The notes below the pieces were generated by a model. That model saw only the letters and a list, made by a program, of their open reading frames with translations. It ran no database searches and was not told where the DNA came from. This document shows, in pieces, positions 26,739-40,107 of a stretch of DNA of 63,640 bases. Source of the stretch: Laetmonice hystrix (lineage: Eukaryota). How positions within the stretch are numbered: the stretch's first letter is position 1; every line of letters begins with the position of its first letter. The stretch lies in the NCBI GenBank assembly GCA_965235115.1, contig OZ249444.1, positions 23,746,001-23,809,640 of the forward strand. Direction: 5' to 3'. A program made the translations under genes and the position numbers.

Positions 26739-26766
26739 CCCCCCCCCCCCCCCAAAAAAAAAAAAA
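26739..26766. repeat. C15 followed by A13 homopolymers
   Basis: Direct reading. Confidence 0.85.
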
Positions 26767-27087
26767 TCAGTCGGTTTGCCTCTCAAAAACTTAGATCTAA
26801 TCGTAATGTGAAACGAAACGTTCTATAAACCTGACAAAGTCTGCCATAATTCCAAGACTTGTCAATATGAATTGCAAGTACCTAGCATGATATATTAAGA
26901 AGCCGTGTTTTGTTAGCTGGCTATGCAGTCTCTTCCCACGACAAGGAGTTCAATAGTGTGTCCTTTCATAACGTCCTCTGAATGTCGGTCGGACACGTGA
27001 GGACGGGTTTACTCGGTTGGTATCAGTGATATCACCGTCTATCCTCACCTCGCTCTCTCCACCCTCAACCCGTCACCTTTCTCCCGG

Positions 27088-27418
27088 CAAGTTCTGCTGT
27101 CGTCATGGCGATCGGACCGAGATCGGAACCTTTCATTCAGTCAGCGGTCATCGCATGCGTCCTTCAAGTCCTCACGCATGTTCCAACCTCACTGGAATCA
27201 AGTTCTACTCGATCTGTCGTCATGGCGATCGGAACTTTTCATTCAGCCAGCGGTCATCGCATGCGTCCTTCAAGTCCTCACGCATGTTCCAACCGCGCTG
27301 GAATCAAGTTCTGCTCGATCTGTCGTCATGGCGATCGGAACCTTTCATTCAGCTAGCGGTCATCGCATGCGTCCTTCAAGTCCTCACGCATGTTCCACCC
27401 GCGCTGGAATCAAGTTCT
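27088..27418. repeat. Tandem triplication, 106 bp unit (first copy 117 bp)
   Basis: CTGTCGTCATGGCGATCGG at 27097, 27214, 27320. Confidence 0.93.
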
Positions 27419-28920
27419 GGGCACTTTCCCGTCTTATATTTGGGACATGTCGTGATTCTCTCCCCCACTCACCCAACCCACCACTGCCGTCCGAGATGAA
27501 AATATTGCTTTATTACAGGGATATAAAGAAACTTGTGGGTCTCTTGAGCCTGCTTATCTTGACCTCCCAGTGCGTATATTGTGCCTTGTCCTCGACCTCC
27601 ATCCACGTCGGTACCGGTGAACGTCGACCCCGTACCTCCAGTGTTTCCCTACTCTGGAGGAAGCTGGAGTAGGCAGCAGGAGTAGCCATATTGTGCGGTC
27701 CTACTGTTGGCGGTTGTTGTTAACCAGCTTGCACAATAAGCTTTCATAGTGATCCAGTTTGTGCCTAAGCTGGCGGCCTGCTGGCCGGGCCTTGCCGTGA
27801 TCCCGGCTTAGGGACCCGATAGCAGCGCTCGGTGGGACCAGCACATTATTCGCACTCGGCGGTGAGGGATGACCTACCCAGGCTTATTTCCATAGCGATG
27901 AATGCCTTCGCGTCTTGTCGTCGCGATCCCAGTCCGCTAAAACCGACGCCGGGGTCCGAGGCCAACCCCAGCACTTTTCTTCCACAACAACACCTCTTCA
28001 TGTCCCTAAAGTTCTTAATATTCCTGGCACTTATTGGATCATAGCAGACAAACTGCGGCTTTTCGGACAGGCAGCAATGTTGGAGGCTGATTATACAACC
28101 AACTCCAGCCCATCCTGTATGTGACTCGAGGTCAAGGGTCAAGGTGATTAGGCGATTCAGGGACATCCCAAACCTGAAGACTTATCTATACCATCATTTA
28201 TACCATAGCAAGTTCTGCAAATAGAGGCAAGCCTGCACACTACTCTTGTTCAACTTAATCCAATAACGGCAAGATTTATAGGACAGCTTAGGGTAATCTC
28301 TTGGGAGATTAAGTCTAGATTAAGCCTGGTAGGAACTCCCCACCCTTCCGTGAATAATATGCGCTGATGGCCACCACCTCATCAACCCTGTAGAAATAAC
28401 TCCTCAACATTGCTCCACACCCCCACTGTTCCCCGGAATTCATTTTTATATTGCACGCAATATATCGACCCATCGGCCCACATGAATCTATCCATTTCAT
28501 CTCAATTAACACTTTTTTCGCGTCAGGAAAGTCTCCAAATAATGGCGGAATCTTAATTCTCTACGTTCGGCTGACTCTTGTCAAGTTGCCGTGTAATCGC
28601 TCTTGCAGGCCGGCCCCGTGCTGTCGGTGTAAGCTCTGGGGTTACGTCTATGTTCCACTCAATCTAGCCTGGTCCGCCATCGGACGGGACAGGGCTGCAG
28701 TCATTCTCCAGGGACAATTCCCGCCCGCTTGTATTTGTCTTCATCAATTCCCATTGGCCAGATCTCGAGGGCCGACCAACGCCATGACGAAGTGTGTCGT
28801 AATTTTACCACTTCAACCCAACACCAATCTATATATACGGCACTCAAAGTGAGCGTAGGGATGCCCTGGCTCGCCATGAGATTCTCCTATGGAAATTCGA
28901 AATAATCAGGCAGTGCAATA

Positions 28921-28971
28921 CTCCACCTGGGACTGGGACACTCCACCTGGGACTGGGACACTCCACCTGGG
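28921..28971. repeat. 20 bp tandem repeat, 2.5 copies
   Basis: CTCCACCTGGGACTGGGACA repeated. Confidence 0.9.
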
Positions 28972-29418
28972 AGTACAATGTTCGCCTTGGGGATCTAGCC
29001 CAGTTGTTGACCTTTCCTCGTTCTGCTGATTCTAAAACAGGACATTAGCCGTGGGCCGGGTAGTTGATCTAGTAGATATAGGTGTTAGGAAATTAGTGGG
29101 TGTCATGAATGAGCTGGGCAAAGTTAACGTTGTCCTGATTGGTCTCCAACATCTAGTTTTCTGTCTCGGTGACCTTAGACGCCACTCCGTGTTTATATTA
29201 TACGTCTATAGGTCATTACGTATCAGACATTTTACTGGAGGAGTAAGACTGTTATCCAATCACCCTCCCTCCCGTACCCTGCTCCAGGGCGCCGATCAAA
29301 GCGCAGAGGTAGCAGACCCATTCTGGCGGACCGCCCCTTGCCAAGCCCACCCTCACCAACCCGATTTTATTCAGCCTTCTCTGCCAACTGTCCATGTCAC
29401 GTGGTCAGACGGCGCGTC

Positions 29419-29432
29419 CCACCAGGTGGCGC
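29419..29432 (+). promoter_or_regulatory. CTCF core motif with adjacent E-box
   Basis: CCACCAGGTGGCGC is an exact core match. CACGTG at 29398-29403. Confidence 0.45.
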
Positions 29433-30463
29433 GCTCTCTGTCACGTATATATTACGGTACGACCTCGGTGATAAAAACTTTGGTAATTATCATTCCTAGA
29501 CAAGTTAACATCGCAGACTATATGAATTACAGTTTATCAGTTTATCATCTCTTCAATAACAGCAAATCTAACTGATAGCATCCTAAATTAGAAAAAAAAA
29601 ACGGATTTCATAATTCATATCAGAATACTTATCCTTTACGTTTCTGAACTAAGTATGAATTTACTTCCAATTATTCTATAATGACACTATACACCAAGAC
29701 ATCGCCTTCTCTCCTAGAACTCAAAGAACCCTGTGGAACCCCTCACTGATTGCGTCAACCAGATAACCATCTAGAGTAGGTAAAAATAATTAAAAAGATA
29801 ATTAAAAGAATCACAGAGAATGCTACTGGAAATAATTATTTTTAAGAACGGAAATCAGATTTGTCTCAGTCTAGATTCTTCTGTTAGACCTATATGTATC
29901 AAAAAATGAAATCTACCTTTCAATATGATTTATAAATATATATAACTAGACCGATTGTGTCTATGCATTAGTTAGCAGTGTCATGGTGTACCGCCCAACC
30001 CGTCCCTGTGCAGTCAGAATCAGACGATATCCTCTGATAAAGAAATATCGTCATGTCAGCAGAATTTTCTAACCGTGAGGCTGCCGACACAACAGAACGG
30101 AATCCTTACTTTGATCCGCCATGAAGTCGTAAAGTGGCTTGAAGAGATCAGGTCCATGAAAACATCGATTACACATTCTCTGTTACCGTTACTGCCTCAC
30201 CTGGATTTTATGTTACCAGTTTCTAACCTTTCATCTTTCTATCTGGCTTTAATAGCTGCATGTTTTCCGTCGACGGCAAAAGTTTCTTCGAATAATCGTC
30301 TAACTGCTGAATTACGCATCAAAGACTGAAATACGGATCCTTTTAGACACTTCATCGTCAACCTTTGCGCCACGTCTCTTCTTTATAGGAAAACGTACGG
30401 ATTCGGACCTTCTTGATGTTTCAGTATATCCTGAATCCGTATTCCCGTCATCTGTTGCTAATC

Positions 30464-30548
30464 CTCCTCCTCTTCCTCTTCCTCCTCCCCCTCTTCCTCC
30501 TCCTCCTCCTCCTACTCCTCCTACTCTTCCCCCTCTTGCCCCTTCCCT
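30464..30548. repeat. CCT/CTT low-complexity tract
   Basis: Degenerate (CCT)n. Confidence 0.85.
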
Positions 30549-31123
30549 TGATAATTGTGGAATCACTTCATCCCTTTGCTCTGTCTCCCGGTGTTGGACA
30601 GATACCGGGCCGTACCCGAATACCGCGCATACCGTGATGAGTACCGGTGTCCCGGTCTGTACATTCCGCCCGGCATCAGCTTTCCGCCCCCAATGATGTC
30701 CCCCTGTAACGCCGAGTCGTGTGTGATACTCCGCACCTACACACAAATGAAGGTCGTTCACTGCCAGTTAACCTTAAATTTGAATCATATTTTGATCACA
30801 TAGAGGGGGAAGGAAGAGCACAGCGGAAGGTGAGGACTGTGGCACCGGGCAGGTAGCCCTGATTCAGCCCCTGTCTGCCTTGAGACCGTGCCCCAGGGTT
30901 GCTTGTGGAATAATCTATTATCCCTCTAAGGGGTGGGTGGGTGTCAGCGACAGCTGGCGACACGACGATAAGCCCCGCCGGGATGGCCCAGGACCATGTA
31001 TTTATATATACCCACCCGGGACCGTGCCCGACCAAGCCTGTGGCTCCGAGAGCTGTGGCCAAGGTAAGCCACGGTCACCTGCCCTGACGGAGCCAAGCAG
31101 GAGTTTACTGAAACCATTGGTCC

Positions 31124-31557
31124 TGTGACCTACAACTGCTCACAACCACTTGATGGTACGACTCCCAGACATTGTCCTAACCATTGTTACTATGGCCAAG
31201 TTGTGCCTCAAGGCGCCCCGTTCTTCTTAACCTGTGACCTACAACAGTTGCTCACAACCACTTGACGGGACGACTCCCAGACATTGTACCAACCATTGTT
31301 ACTATGGCCAAGTTGTGCCTCAAGGCGCCCCGTTCTTCTTAACCTGTGACCTACAACAGTTGCTCACAACCACTTGACGGGACGACTCCCAGACATTGTA
31401 CCAACCATTGTTACTATGGCCAAGTTGTGCCTCAAGGCGCCCCGTTCTTCTTAACCTGTGACCTACAACAGTTGCTCACAACCACTTAACGGTACGACTC
31501 CCAGACATTGTCCTAACCATTGTTACTATGGCCAAGTTGTGCCTCAAGGCGTCGCCT
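31124..31557. repeat. Minisatellite, 112 bp unit, 4 copies
   Basis: TGTGACCTACAAC at 31124, 31233, 31345, 31457. Confidence 0.95.
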
Positions 31558-32078
31558 TCTTCTAAACCTTTCAAGTCCGCTCAAACAAGTGGTTGAAAAT
31601 GTCACAAGTGCCAATCAAGTAGGACAGGAAGAAATGCTGTAATGTCATTTATAAATACGCAGAAAGCATGTTTTATATCTTTCAAATATTTATGAAACTC
31701 CCCTGACCTTTGAAAATCAGGTGTGGCGTTAATATGGTCGACATTATCCCGAAACTGAAACCAAAATCTCTGCCAATTCCAAGCGAGAAAAACGGGATTT
31801 GTACAAATGTATTTTGATTTGCTTTTCATGGTGGACATAATCACTATGACTCAAAACCTGATAATGTCTTCCATGCACAGTGTCTGATAAATCTTTTTTT
31901 TCAGAAATACCATGTCATGTTGCTCCCCTCTCCCATTCCGAAGTATTTAGAGCTACACTTGTGGGTCCGACAAGACAGTACAGCTGGTCTGGCGTGAGTG
32001 GATAGTTAAAAGCCACTGCCCCCGGTGGTCGGTAGTTGTCTGTCTGGACTGACTTCCCCACCTCCCAGACTGTAATTA

Positions 32079-32093
32079 GTGCCCTCTGGTGGC
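32079..32093 (-). promoter_or_regulatory. CTCF core motif
   Basis: Minus strand GCCACCAGAGGGCAC, an exact core match. Confidence 0.45.
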
Positions 32094-32638
32094 TAGGTCG
32101 TTGACCATGGCACGCGACCTTTGACCACCTCTCGGCTCTCCGGCAGCACCTGTGGCCACCTTGCGGTCAATGACCTTGTGAGGTTTAGAGGTCACTGACA
32201 GCAGCTCAATGACATCTGCGGTATCCCCAACACAATATAGAGAGCCGCCATTTTGATATACTACTAACTATGTGCAGCTGTACGGGTAGGGAAGACTTCC
32301 TTCTCCATAAAGATAGGTGGTACACAACAGCCATGTTGCTATGATACCTTACTTATCTTTATGCTGGAAACCCTTTTTCTGCCCATTTAAGCAGCAAAGT
32401 AACATTTACACACTGCTGCTGATTGCAAAATTTGAGAGGCAAGCGGAATATATTGTGCTTTTTTAATTCCTTATATGATCGAGAATATTCAAATTCTGAT
32501 TGCACCACGGTATGTTAGACAGCACTGTGATAGCGAGCAGATACTCCATCAATCACTCCATGTTCAATCTAACAATAGAGGCGTACCAAAGGTTATTATA
32601 TCCTCCTGTATGATGAGATGAGTGGTAATCTCTAACAT

Positions 32639-32814
32639 GTCACCATGGTAGCACGTCACCATGGTAGCACGTCACCATGGTAGCACGTCACCATGGTAGC
32701 ACGTCACCATGGTAGCACGTCACCATGGTAGCACGTCACCATGGTAGCACGTCACCATGGTAGCACGTCACCATGGTAGCACGTCACCATGGTAGCACGT
32801 CACCATGGTAGCAC
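32639..32814. repeat. Perfect 16 bp tandem repeat, 11 identical copies
   Basis: (GTCACCATGGTAGCAC)11 with no mismatches. Confidence 0.98.
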
Positions 32815-34306
32815 CACATCTCACACTGCCATCTTCAATCACTCCTCTCTACAACCAATTTCACACGTGCCTTGAGCAATAATTCCCAATTCATTGGATG
32901 CTCCGACACTTTGGTCACATGGGAGGAGGTATATCCACCGTCCTTCTAATCACCGCCCCTCAATTCATGAAGTAGAAATAAATTTTACTCCAATAAACGA
33001 CCTGCAAGTTTTACAATCACAGCAGTGAGTGATCGCTGCAGTCTGGCATCAACTAATCCTATTACTATCGTTATGCCACTCTGCTCCCATAGCAGAGTGT
33101 TTTATCTAATTATAACTTTTACCATTCAGTCGTACTTTTTGATTGTTTAACCAGATTTAGTTCCTGGTTTACAGTTATAGGTGTACAATTTCTGAGTCCT
33201 GAAAATATCCCGTTGTTATTCCACATCAGTTACATTATAACAAACTGTAACTCCCATTCGTTATTTATTGCAGACATTTTCATCACGTTTGAACCTCCTC
33301 TTTTGTGGGAATTTCTTGAGAACAAAAAAATGACGTGCATGTATTTCTACGTGTCAAGTCAGACGACATCATTAAGCCAGTCTGTGAAGCTGTTTGTAGC
33401 TGTGAAGTTCTCGATGTTCCCCATGCTGTATACATTCAGTAAGTACCCCAGTCAGTGGGAAGACTGTTAATTGTGAGGTTTCTAATTGATGGCGTGTAGA
33501 TTTCTCGGTGTTACATCTATGTGGGTAACTCGTCGTGGTGATTTACTGCGATACCCGCTCCCACCTCCCAATGGCCACCGCTTCCAACACGGCCTCATCA
33601 GCCCACCTACTCCTTCTCACCTTACCATGATCCTTAACGAACCTCGCCTTAATTAATGACCCAATTAGCGAGTCCTGCCAGGCGTGCCATGACCTGGGGT
33701 GTATGCGGTGGAAGCCGCCAGCCACCTGAGGTTTGTGTAGTCCCCGAGTGGTGGCGCTGTAACGGCACACCAACTGGTTGTAATGGATGAGGTCTACTGA
33801 CAGGGGCCATGGCTAATTAATGGAGGCCCTCCTGTAGTATTCACCTCGCAATGGGCAAACACATAGAACTTCCTCCAGGGTCCCTGAACAAACTCCCTCC
33901 TCCTGCTCCAGTGTGTAGTATCAGAGACCAAACGTTAACAATGGTCTCTAACTCTCCACTGAGCGACATGTCGGTCAAACTTTTGGGCCCGCAATTAGAC
34001 AAACTTAATGATTCTTTTCGCCTCATACAATACCACATCATGTGATTAATCTAAATGTAATCCTCATTTGTCGCACTCTATCACAAATACCAGCCGGTCC
34101 ATTTAGCGACCTTTCAGATGAAAACTTGCCAGACTTGTTGCCGTAAATTTGTGCAGGTCCGTTTAACGCGACACCCATTGACACCTGACGTTATCGCCAC
34201 AAGCTAGAAACCGTCTCAGCATGAAAAGTCTTACGGCTTCTAGTTTTAGTTGGCTTCATATGCTTCCTTCCCAGGAGGCAACGTCAGCCCCAGCCTTAGA
34301 GGTCCT

Positions 34307-34500
34307 ATTGCTATGGTAACGGTCAGCGCGGACAGGTATCCTTAGCTAACCAGGGGCGCCTTCAGCATTGACACTCAAGACGGTGTTTTCTTGCAGGGGT
34401 ACAAAAACCCCTTTCCTGTTTTTCAGTCCACCTGCCACTACAAAATGACAACAAGTAGGTTAATTGGGACATTCACTCGACTTCTGTTACCAGTGGCAAC
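34307..34500. promoter_or_regulatory. Pair of RFX X-box-like motifs
   Basis: ATTGCTATGGTAAC (34307-34320, near match) and GTTACC-AGT-GGCAAC (34486-34500, fits GTNRCC(N0-3)RGYAAC). Confidence 0.35.
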
Positions 34501-37500
34501 CAGTTAGAATCCCCTTTAAGAGTTGAAGTAAGGTTATACGTTACTGGCGAATAAATCTTGCATAGTGACACCTTAGATATGAAGGGGTGGTTTAATACCG
34601 GATGGCGATGTTTGGTAGAAGCGTCACCACCTGATTACCGCCACCCATAGAATTCATCACACCACTGAAAGATTAATGGAAAGTTAGCTAAAAATGTCCT
34701 CAATCATAGGCCCTCACTGCAAACGTGGCACGGAAATTAATTCTTAAATGATTTGCCGCCTAACTTGTTGCGTTAATTAGTGTTGGTCGAATGAAGAACG
34801 TGCCAACGGCAGCTCCTTCCCGATGTCAAATTGGCAGCCAGTCGCGGCGAGTGGTACCTTTGGCTTTTAAAATCCCTCACAAATCCATTACTTCTTCTAT
34901 TACCCTCTTATCACCCGACACCCTTGGCACCCCTATTATCACTCTTGCCCCCAAGAGCTCACTCTTGATGCGGTTGCTCATCCATGTGGACCAAAGCTTT
35001 AATTAACAACTGATAGTTCTTCCAGATACGGAATCACTAAGGCAATATTATAGAGCATACATCCTTTCCTGGTGCTTTCCTTGTTGGAGACAGAACTGTT
35101 AACGACAGCGACAGATTCATATTATTAAACTTTATGGTAAGTTTCCAATAATTTACCATGTCCTTGAGTCCATGTTGTCAAGGTGTACAATTCAACAGTT
35201 TGAACGATATCATAATCGGCCAACTTGTCCAGCTCACTAGCAACCTCCTTGATATAACTTGGATCCATTCCCGTCATTGGTATCAGTGACGATGCTCTGG
35301 TCTCATTCACATTCAAGGCCATGTCTGTCGAGTACCGCCCTCCGTGGACAGGTTCGAGCAGTTCTGTCACTCAGGGTCCACGAATCTATACCCCCACCCT
35401 CACAGACACTCTTGGATAACATGAAATCCCTGGCGGCCGGTCTAAGAAAGCTGGCGGTCGGGTTGAGTCCTGGCTACGTGATTCCCCATGGCAATATTCC
35501 CATGGAATTGAGGGAATGGGTTAGGTCTAGACTGGCCTAGGAATACGGTAGGTTTAGGGAAAGCGTGTTGGGAGCTATTTTAGTCATATTCCGTGTAGAT
35601 ATCACCACGGTGATCGACCCACGGCTGACAACCCCGCCTCGACTCGCCGTCTTCTGACCTCGCAGCATTTGTTTCCGACCTCGCAGCATTTGTTTCCGAC
35701 AGGAGGCCTTTCCTCAGGCCGTAATGAGTACACTACGATAGCTCGTTACAGCCTTCGTGGATTTGTCACTTGAAAGTCGGCTTGTGACTGGCACAGGATT
35801 ACAGCATGCAATGTCGTTAGTTATTATACCGCCAGTCGTCCAGCCACAGATCTGACAGCTCAGAAACCACCTTGTCTGAAACTGAACCACAAACGTCAAC
35901 ATATTTCTAAAGTATTTTTTCCTAGCTACCAGTTTTTTCTCATTTCCTAACATAACTTTAAAACATCAATTCTTATGCTGAATCTCAGGATTCCATTGGC
36001 CCCAGTTGCTCAGATGACCTCGTTCCAATGGTGCGTACAGTCGCACACGCACCCAAGTTTTGTATAGAATCTGCCTTAGAAAGTGCATGCCTGACACGAA
36101 CGGTGGAAAATCAATTATTGAAGGCCTTGAGTCGCAGATTCCAAGACTGACTTTGAGACTGCTCATCTGACACCAATCAAATAATTTGCTGTTGGCCGCG
36201 GCGGTCGCGGCACTCAGTCACACATCATTCATGTTACATGGAAATACGCAGAACGTACTTGTGCAATTCTCCTGTGATGTTTGGTATAGACACAGACATG
36301 GGCAGGGCGGGGAGACGTTCAATATTTGATGTTGGTGTGTGGTTCCACTGATGGACACCAATGACACTGCCCTTGTTGTAGAGAAACGAACCGATAACAA
36401 AGTACATGCACTGAGTGGGTCGGCGGTACCAGATACTGTCGGATGTTGTTGAACAACAACAAACCACGCTCCATATTTCCCAGAAGGTTTCGCTGGTATC
36501 CGTCTGACCTTTCCCAACCAACCTCTCCATGTCTTTCGTCCTAATCGTAATCTTTTCTTTCAGTTTTTAAGCTCGAAAATTGGGACCATATTCATGGACA
36601 TACAAGTTATCTCTTGTACCAAATCGATTTGGTCTATTCGAGTATTCGTCACGGAGTAACGTTGTCTATATGTGTGTAATTAACATAGGTCCTGTAGTCA
36701 TGGGAACGGGAAGGAAGCCAGACGTCCCTCGAATTGAGGACTTTATTGACCTTGACGTCAGATTAGGCAGTCTTACCGAAACATTTGCAAAACGTTTGAA
36801 AGTGGACAACACTGAAATTAAGTTCGGCTGAGGTAGCAGCATTTTGCGGGCACGACTCCAAACAGAGGTACTTCCGCTACTGCCGGCCAAATCTGTTTGA
36901 AGTTGCCATACGGCCTGTCGTCCGGTCTGGGCCTATAACCAATACACCCTGCCAACGGGTCAACCACTGACCAAACACCATGGCATTTCTCTGGCCATCA
37001 AATCCACAGGTCATTCATCTACCAGGCAGGGGGTCAAAGGTCAAGGAGACACAGGTGGAAACAACTCTCGAAGCCAAGGTCATTGCCAAGAGTTCCTTCC
37101 GTCCTTAGGGTATTCATAATGTCACTATGGAGGTTTGGTTCTGGTTCTTTCTGGGTGCTTTTGTAACAGCCTTTTGGGAATTCTACTGCCTTCGTAGGCG
37201 ACCGATCACTTTCTGGAGAAACTTTCGTACAATGTGTACTTTCCATCTCTACTGACATCTTTTTAATTAGGACAGCGTTGTTGTCGGCCTGTACCAATAA
37301 AACCCGTAGACGGGGACTTGCCTTGGTTTTACGGGAGACACTAATTAGGTATCAGTCGGAGCGCCTGTCGCTAACGAGGTCAGCCCATTATGGAAAACAG
37401 CATTAATTAGCGACATTGTTGGCCGGATTTCCCCTACAAACACCTTTAATTTAGTTAATAAGATAGCATGAAAAAATGATGAAAGATCTGCTGAAAGGCC

Positions 37501-37950
37501 ATACGTAATATATGCATGTCTACAATATTGAGTTTTATGGATACATTTACAAATTGTCAACTTACCAGCTTCCCTCCCTTCACAACCAAAGATAATAATG
37601 ACAAAATAAGACATGCGTTCAGCTGTTCAATTAACAAGTTAGGTCTACAATCATCCAGGTCACGGGCAGAATTTACTAAAAAGGTGATAATAAATTAATG
37701 GCCCAGTCCAAAATAAACACAAAACAGTATTTTTTATATATTTACTTTTTACTTTGTTTCTTGGTGGTGGTTGGAGTAAGAGCCAGGCCGGCTGGGCCCG
37801 TGGTCTGTGCCAGGATGTGAAACTCGCCCCTGTAAGTGACTGATGTTTCCACTTACTCCCTCACCTCCCTCGCTGCAGGCTTGTCGGTGACTTGATAATG
37901 TCCTTACAATTACCCCCTCCATTAAGTCAATGTTACGGTGAAATACCCTG

Positions 37951-38020
37951 ATGGCCTTGCCAAGCGGAACAATGGAACATCCCATGGCCTTGCCAAGCGG
38001 AACAATGGAACATCCCATGG
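37951..38020. repeat. 33 bp tandem duplication
   Basis: ATGGCCTTGCCAAGCGGAACAATGGAACATCCC twice. Confidence 0.93.
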
Positions 38021-40107
38021 GTTTGTTAAAGATTATAGTTCGGCGTGAAATCTGTATCCACACAACTCTCGTTACACAAGAAATGCTACTGTTCAGCTCA
38101 AAGTAAATTTTTTGATAGTTCTTTCTGACATCCCTAGAGTGAAGTGGCTGTATGTGGGTCAGTAAGACGCACTGACCAGAATAGACGAGCTGCAGCGTTC
38201 GTGAGCTCGTAGAGATGACGTAATACGTGACCAGGTTGAGTAGACTCCACATGCAAACTTTCCCCATTCAATTCGTCTGGTTGCGTACCTCGGTTTGCTC
38301 GCATACAAAGTCCCTATCAATGAATATGTATCACTAAATCAATTGGTGATCTTCCAGGACGTGTAGTCTATTACTCCAAATTGATACAGTCAATAACAAC
38401 AGAGTTATTGCCGACATAACGGGTGATCATGACCTTGGCGACACCATGTCGAAGGGGCTGGGATCAGGGAATCAGAACAGTGGCCAAACGCTGAGTAGCT
38501 CTGACTTTAAATCCCAGTCCACTTGACCTTGGCCGATTGTAATGTAAGTAGAAATCATCTCCGACGTTCTGTAGATACTTGTTTATACCAGATGGTGCCA
38601 CCTGTCTAGACTAGTACGCATCAGTATTTAATGTTTTATTTCTCCAACTTCATTTGAGGCCGTTTCCTAATCAACACACCTCCAGGAGTGTTTTGTCAGC
38701 AACCAACGGGACCGCCAAAACAGACCCAAAAAATGGCCTTGCCTGGTGCTCGTGTCCTGTATAATGCACAGCTTGTCTGCATGTATTTTTACCAACGGTT
38801 GTCATGAGAAATTTACATTAAGCATGGCAAATTAGTCCACAACCGCGTATTGTTAGCAGTAATTCAATAACCGTGCAGATATTTCATTGGGGACGAGGGT
38901 GATTTTCCCGGCGCCATTGATAATGTCGCGTGTTAAGTAGATTTTTCGCGGCGTTCCCTACACGCAAGGTGAGCCTGATGGCGGGTGTGGGACCGCCATC
39001 CCCCACCACAGGGTCGACCTAACCATCCACAGGGACTCTTTTAGAGGGCCTCTTCCACGCACCAAGTGGCCATAAAACAAGTGTTGTTTTCCCATTCCTT
39101 CAGCCCAGGCTATGTCATAGGAATCATGTGGAATGCATGCTAGAGCCAACTGAATTAGGGTAGTGTCACAAATCTCATGTAAATCACTTAGGGACCATGC
39201 AAGCAGTGCCGATAGGGAACACACCATTGGAAATCTAATCTCACCATGAGTCGTTGGCCACCCTACCATTCCCACCTCCTCCCACCAAACCAATAGATTC
39301 CTGTCTTACTCTACTGCCTCCCCCACACCCGGCAGGCCAATATATATACTTAGCTTGGCCTAAGCGCCTTTCTGGTTATAACGTTCCCTTACTCGCCACG
39401 CCAATGAATAATTGCCCTGTTATTATTACTCCCGTCCTCCTCACCATGGCAATGAATACTTTCTCTCCTCCGCACGACAGCAATGACAACCTAGCTTGTT
39501 ATATATATCTCCTAATCATCGAACCAATAGAAACTATAGCTTGTTATAGATTTCTGTACCTCACGAAACCAATTCTTCTTGCTTTATCTCTCCATGGTTT
39601 GTCACGGTTTCTATCGAATCGACTTGATGGGTAAAATAATAACATACACTGCGCGGGATACGGCTCTGTGAAACTAGCTCTCTGTCACATACCACATCCT
39701 ATCATCTAGTAGTTTTATCTACCTTTAAAGAAACTCAAACTAATCTTGGCACCAACCTCATATACCTGAATGAGACAGTTTTTATAGACAGCCACAATGA
39801 CAAGTGGTTGGGAGTTTGCTCTATCAAAGTTCAACCTTCGGTATGATGTCACTCTCTGCAAGGACTTCCCGTGCCGTCATCATCAGCTGAGATAGAAACC
39901 TCTTATCGTATCAGGTGACACACACCTGTGTTCCTACCTGCAGGTTTACACCCACAATCACCAAACTGGTCAATGATTGAGACGGTCACAGAGTGCGCCG
40001 AGACGCTGGGTCCGGGAGTAGCTTTACGTTTTCAACAAAAATCTAGAAAAAATTGCAATCAGAATGAAATCGCTGTACATAGAAAACTCAATCTCAGATA
40101 CACACAC

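Noticed and set aside
27846-28166. Cys-rich minus ORF, and similar 60-170 aa ORFs at 33841, 37749, 48858, 57781, 59755, 60270
   Set aside because: Alternative frames look equally plausible, phases do not chain into a gene, and such lengths are expected by chance.
10454-35560. CCTAACC telomere-like motifs at about 10474 and 35520
   Set aside because: Short and degenerate; the similarity between the two sites is too weak to define a family.
29045-36890. Alternative genetic code (TAA/TAG read as Gln)
   Set aside because: Based only on unverified frames. Stop counts are not clearly different from random, and the other signals point to an animal genome.
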